Positions 57,964 to 64,000 of a stretch of 64,000 nt of DNA are shown here, piece by piece. The stretch comes from Octopus vulgaris (lineage: Eukaryota). The translations under genes were made by a program, and so were the position numbers. The stretch is taken from contig OX597816.1 in NCBI GenBank assembly GCA_951406725.2, forward strand, positions 72,726,001-72,790,000, written 5' to 3'. The notes under the pieces are model-generated. The model worked only from the letters and a program-made list of their open reading frames with translations, did no database searches and was not told the origin of the DNA. Every line of letters begins with the position of its first letter. Position 1 is the first letter of the stretch.

Positions 57964-58081
57964 AAGTTACAATTGTTTCTGTACCAACACTATTTGCAAC
58001 GCTAGTTTACGCAAATGTTCTAAATGAATGTTCTCGTAATGTTTCCGGTTCCAGACATTGGAGTGGCACTTCATCAGATTT
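57964..58081 (-). ncRNA. Type-I hammerhead with a 77-nt branched insertion in stem II
   Basis: AAAU-CUGAUGA-A-GUGCCA[77 nt]UGGUAC-A-GAAA-CAAUUG-UA-ACUU; one mismatch in stem I. Confidence 0.65.
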
Positions 58082-58600
58082 GCATCGGACGCGTGTTGTC
58101 ACATTGTGCGTCTTTCAGACCTTGTTGTTTGGAATATCGGGAGGAAATAAATAAAAATATAATTTCTTCTTCTTCTTCTTCTTCTTCTTCTTCTTCTTCT
58201 TCTTCTTCTTCTTCTTCTTCTTCATCTTCCTCCTCCTCCTCCTCCTCCTCCTCCTCCTCCTCCTCCTCATTGGATTATTTACTATTCGCGAAACCCATTT
58301 TTACAGCATAATCGTCGAGAAACTTGGATTTTCTACACTTGAAGATCTTCAGATTCTTCTTTAAAAGTCTGGTACTTACTCTATCGATTGCTTTTGCCGA
58401 ACTGCTAAGTTACGAGAACGTAAATACCAGCACCAGTTGTGAAGCTGTGGTGGGGGATAAACAGGGACACAAACAGACACAGACACAGACACATACAGAC
58501 ACAGACACAGACACTGACACATACAGACACAGACACTGACACATAGACACAGACACAAACAGACACAGACACATACAGACACAAACACACACAGACACAT

Positions 58601-58744
58601 GCGTAGGAGTGGCTGTGTGGTAAGTAGCTTGCTTACCAATCACATGGTTCCGTGTTCAGTCCCACTGCGTGGCACCTTGGGCAAGTGTCTTTGGCCGACC
58701 AAAGCCTTGTGAGTGGATTTGGTAGACGGAAACTGAAAGAAGCC

Positions 58745-58810
<66 letters not shown>

Positions 58811-59030
58811 GTGTGTGTATATGTTTGTGTGTCTGTGTTTGTCCCTCCAGCATAGCTTGACAACCGATGCTGGTGTATTTACGTCTCCGTAACTTAGCAG
58901 TTCAGCAAAAGAGACCGATAGAATAAGTACTAGGCTTACAAAGAATAAGTCATGGGGGTCGATTTGCTCGACTAAAGGCGGTGCTCCAGCATGGTCACAG
59001 TCAAATGACTGAAACCAGTAAAAGAGTAAA
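58601..59030 (+). mobile_element. SINE family B, full length
   Basis: Same architecture as 57473-57887. Confidence 0.92.
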
Positions 59031-59587
59031 AGAGAGACACAAACAGAACAGATACAGGTACACACAGACACAGACACAAACAGACAGACACAACCACACA
59101 CTCGCACACACACATACACATACATATTAACAGTTTCCATTTATCCGTGTGTCTGACTGGCTGCGCTATTTCCATCCATCTATCTATTTATTACTCTCTT
59201 CTTCCAAGTCACCCAACCTCCGGCTCAGCTCGGAGCTGATCTCTTATCAGCCACCCACACTGTCAGCTCTGTCAGACGCCCAACCCACCAGCAAAACTCT
59301 TCGTCAGTTTCGTCAGTTAAAAATATAAAACAGCCAGTCAGCCATGAGACTTGCAGATGAAGCCAACAAGCCAGCCAGCCAGACAGCCAGCGAAAGAGAC
59401 AGACAGCCAACCAACCGGCCAACCAGCTATTTTTGTTTTAAGCAGCCAGTTACCAGAAGCCCACCAAGTCAGTCATACAGACATTCAGGCAATAAGTTAA
59501 CTACCCAGCCGGCCAGCCATCCAGTCATCCAGCCTTCCGGACGGACAGAGTTAGACAGACAGACAGACAGGCAAGCAGGCTGGCAAC

Positions 59588-60190
59588 GGTGGCGAGCTGG
59601 CAGAAACGTTAGCACGCCGGGCGAAATGCGTAGCCGTATTTCGTCTGCCGTTACGTTCTGAGTTCAAATTCCGCCGAGGTCGACTTTGCCTTTCATCCTT
59701 TCGGGGTCGATAAATTAAGTACCAGTTACGCTCTGGGGTCGATGTAATCGACTTAATACCTATGTCTGTCCTTGTTTGTCCTCTCTATGTTTAGCCCCTT
59801 GTGGGTAGTAAAGAAATACGTATTTCGTCTGCCGTTACGTTCTGAGTTCAAATTCCGCCGAGGTCGACTTTGCCTTTCATCCTTTCGGGGTCGATAAATT
59901 AAGTACCAGTTACGCACTGGGGTCGATGTAATCGACTGAATACCTATGTCTGTCCTTGTTTGTCCTCTCTATGTTTAGCCCCTTGTGGGTAGTAAAGAAA
60001 TACGTATTTCGTCTGCCGTTACGTTCTGAGTTCAAATTCCGCCGAGGTCGACTTTGCCTTTCATCCTTTCCGGGTCGATAAATTAAGTACCAGTTACGCA
60101 CTGGGATCGATGTAATCAACTTAATACCTATGTCTGTCCTTGTTTGTCCTCTCTATGTTTAGCCCCTTGTGGGTAGTAAAGAAATAGGTA
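59588..60190 (+). repeat. SINE A head followed by three 184-bp tandem units
   Basis: Units start at 59636, 59820 and 60004, with an aborted fourth at 60188; near-identical units. Confidence 0.96.
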
Positions 60191-60339
60191 TTCGAAGGCC
60201 GGCCAATCCAGTCAGACTGCCGTCCTAATAACCTAAAATGAAGGATGCTGATGAAGTGTACTTGCGTTGCATCCAGATCTAGGAGACAGACTAAGGGTTT
60301 ACACGAAAACTGTTTTTCTTTGCTTTTCTTCTCTTTTAT

Positions 60340-60737
60340 TTTACTCTTTTGCTTGTTTCAGTCATGTGACTGTGGCCATGCTGGAGCACCACCTTTAGTC
60401 GAGCAAATCGACCCCAGGACTTATATTCTTTGTAAGCCTACTATTAATTTTATCGGTCTCTTTTACCGAACCGCTATGTGACGGGGACGTAAACACACCA
60501 GCATCGGTTGTCAAGCAATGCTAAGGGGACAAACACAGACACACAAACATATACATACACTTACATATATATACGTATATACGACGGGCTTCTTTCAGTT
60601 TCCGTCTACCAAATCCACTCACAAGGCTTTGGTCGGCCCGAGGCGATAGTAGAAGACACTTGCCCAAGGTGCCACACAGTGGGACTGAACCCGGAACCAT
60701 GTGGTTCGTAAGCAAGCTACTTACCACACAGCCACTC
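60340..60737 (-). mobile_element. SINE family B copy
   Basis: Reverse complement of family B. Confidence 0.9.
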
Positions 60738-62226
60738 AATATTTTTTTCAATTAAGCTAACTGTAGGCCAAGCGAGTGTTCCACTTGGTTAGATGTGAAT
60801 ATAGGCATCTTGGGTGATTCCAGACCACATTATAGAACAATATATTTTATAAAAGCTTTGTAAAGATTTAAAGATGAAAGTTACCTTACCATAACGACAT
60901 TATATGTTCGAAGTAAAGGCCACTTACTTCTATCATAGTTCAAAATCTTAACCAACAAACTGACCCTACATCCATCCATCCAGCCAGCCAGCCATCCGAT
61001 TTGTCAACCAAATTATTCGATCATCCATCTCGTATGCAACCTAACCCTTCGCTTATCCATCCATCCATCCATCCATCCATCCATCCATCCATCCATCCAT
61101 CCATCCAGCTATCCATACACACATACATATATCCATCCATCCATACATACATATATCCATCCATCTACCCACCTACCATCCGTCTAAACCACACAATTCA
61201 TCTTTCCATCTACCCGTTCATTCATCCATTCAGTCAATCGTCTCCCCAACAATCCAGCAATTTATTGAATCACACATCCATTCAATCGTCTTTCTATTAA
61301 TCCATGTCGATCCCTCATCACACCATCCACCCATTCATCTATCATTTATCCGTTCATCCATCCATCCATTCCACCCATCCACTCAGTTAACCGTCTTTCT
61401 ATTAATCCCTCTATCATAAATCCATTCATCCAACCAGCCATCAATCGATCCATCGACCTATCCATCCATTCAGCCATCTAACTTTTCATTCTACCATTCT
61501 ATCATATACCCATTTATTTATATATTAAATTCCCCAGGCACCCAGGCAACAAGCCAGCCAGCCAGTAAAGATACGTGGCTGCGGCTTTTTTAAATTTTCT
61601 CTTTTTTACTTAAAAATTCGTTTACTTGGGTTGGAAAAAAATATCAAATTATGTATTTTTTGCAAACCTTCTTCACACTGATTTGAATTTCAAACATCGA
61701 AACCAACTTAATTTGATCTAGAAGGAATTGCCTCTGCTATGATTACTGACATTCAGGGGTACCCATGGGTACCCATGTATTACTTTTCGAATGTTTTTAT
61801 TTTATTTTATTTTAACTTGTTTTAGTAGTTTGACTGCAGCCATGCTGAGGCAGCACCTTGAATCGACCTCATTACTTATTTCAATTAAGCCTGACACCTA
61901 TTTTGTCGGTTATTTTGCGAACGGCTGCATTACGAGGATGTAAAAAACCAACACCGGTTGTCGAGCGCTGGTGCGGAACTAACACATACACACATACCTA
62001 TATATATATATATATATATATAGGTGTGTGTGTGTGTGTGTATGTGTGTGTGTATATATATATATATATATACTGTGAAAAAATATATATATCGGTGTGT
62101 GTATACGACGAGATTCTTTTTGTTTCGGTTCCCAAATCAACTCATAAAGTTTTTGGTCAACCCGAAGCAATGATAGAAGACACTTGACGAGAGTGACACG
62201 CAGTGAGACAACCCGAACCCCATGTA

Positions 62227-62535
62227 GGCGGTGAGCTGGCAGAAACGTTAGCACGCCGGGCGAAATGCTTTGCGGTGTTTCGTTTGCCGCTATGTTCTGA
62301 GTTCAAATTCCGCTGAGGACGACTTTGCCTTTTATCCTTTCGGGGTGGATTAAATAAGTACCAGTTACGCATATAATCGACTTAACCCGTTTGTCTGTCC
62401 TTGTTTGTCCCCTCTATGTTTAGCCCCTTGTGGATAGTAAAGAAATAGGTATTTCGTCTCTCTTCGTGTTCTGAGTTCAAATTCCGCCGAGGTCGACTTT
62501 ATCTTTCATCCTTTCGGGGTCGATAAATTAAGCAC
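62227..62535 (+). mobile_element. SINE family A, head plus 1.5 units, adjoining a family B remnant (61820-62225, minus)
   Basis: Junction AAGAAATAGGTATTTCG at about 62440-62457. Confidence 0.9.
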
Positions 62536-62743
62536 TGGGTTGGCTGATATCGACACATTTGCCGACAGGGCTATCAGAGACTAAGGGAAATGAATATTAT
62601 TCAGCTAGTAAAGTCTACAGGGGGAACAAAGAACGATGGTGAGTGGTTGTGCATAATGAATGCAGTGTAAAAGATGTACTTGAATAAAGAAATTAGATTA
62701 CTTGGGCTACGGGAGGGTGTTTAAAGAAAAATATATAAATATA

Positions 62744-62777
<34 letters not shown>

Positions 62778-62809
62778 ATGTATATATATATATATATGCA
62801 TATATATAC

Positions 62810-62861
<52 letters not shown>

Positions 62862-62868
62862 ATATATA

Positions 62869-62918
<50 letters not shown>

Positions 62919-62920
<2 letters not shown>

Positions 62921-63272
62921 CGTAGAAGTAGGTGTGTGGCAAGAAGCTTGCTTTGCAACCATATGGTTCCGTTTTCAGTCCCAGTGTGTGGAACCGTGGG
63001 CAAGTGTCTTCTACTATAGCCTTGGGCCGACCAAAACCTTGTGAGTGGATTTGGTAGATGGAATCTAAAAGAAATCCGTTGTATACATATATATATATGT
63101 ATGTATATATTTGTGCGTCTATGTTTGTCCCCAACCATTGCTTGACACCGATGCTGGTGTATTTACGTCCCCTTAACTTCGCGGTTCGGTAAAAGAGACC
63201 GATAGAATAAGTATTAGGCTTACAAAGAATAAGCCCTGGGGTCCATTTGTTCGATTGAAGGCGGTGCTCCAG
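62919..63272 (+). mobile_element. SINE family B copy
   Basis: Head through GCGGTGCTCCAG. Confidence 0.9.
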
Positions 63273-63539
63273 ATAAAAGAAAATATAGATATATACATAT
63301 AGCTGTAGATAAATAGATAGATAGATAAATACGTTAATTATGATTTTATTCAACATATTCCTCTCTCAGATTCACACAGCTATTGAAGCAGTCCTTCAGT
63401 ATTTCTAAGCCTTGTAAAAGAACTCGCAGTTTTTGAGCCTCCATCAAGACCTATCACGCTACCTTTCAAGCCAAGAACATTTCACCACTTTCTCGTGTGT
63501 GTGTGTGTGTGTATGTGGTTGCGTGCGTGTATGTATATA

Positions 63540-63576
<37 letters not shown>

Positions 63577-64000
63577 TTGTCCTGTTCCTTGGTTTGTGTC
63601 TATGTTTTTCTTCTCTCTATGTGTTCGACGTCTTTTTTGGTGTCCTGTACACATATATGCGTGTATATGTACATGTAGAGGTAGGTACGTACATATATGT
63701 TTATATATATGCATATGTTCTATTTTATTAACATATATATATATATATATACAGATGGTGGGTTAGCTGGCCGCAACCTGGAAGTCACTGACAGTGCTGT
63801 TCATTGTCACGTGAAGTTGTATTCTACGAAATGTGTTGAGTGATTCTACAGTATAAATGTAAAATTGTTTTTTTATATAGTAAAACAAAAAATAAAATAA
63901 ACATAAATGTATATATAAGTATGTACGTATAAAGAGAAAGCCGCCATATTCAAATGGCCAGAGACAAACACATACAGCAACAAACACGAGCACGTAATAT

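Noticed and set aside
60243-60274. GGATG-CTGATGA...CATCC
   Set aside because: No GAAA box; cannot be distinguished from chance

Overview
Eukaryotic, AT-rich, extremely microsatellite-dense non-coding DNA. The repeat families look like those of coleoid cephalopods (Octopus-like); this is an inference from recalled repeat sequences, not a database result. Almost all ORFs in the supplied track are translations of (TA)n, (CA)n, (TACA)n, (GATA)n or (TAA)n tracts. Supported content: a truncated Tigger/pogo transposase; a full-length dead mariner nested with a SINE inside a hAT element with 8-bp TSD; R4/Dong-type retrotransposon 3' ends in (TAA)n and a second family in (TACA)n; Penelope-like (PLE) RT and GIY-YIG fragments; four tRNA-derived SINE types, one forming 184-bp tandem arrays; MITEs; and a weak candidate spliced minus-strand transcript. 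The most striking signal is about 8 well-formed and about 9 decayed minimal type-I hammerhead ribozyme motifs from several unrelated PLE-type families, mostly inside long inverted repeats next to microsatellites.
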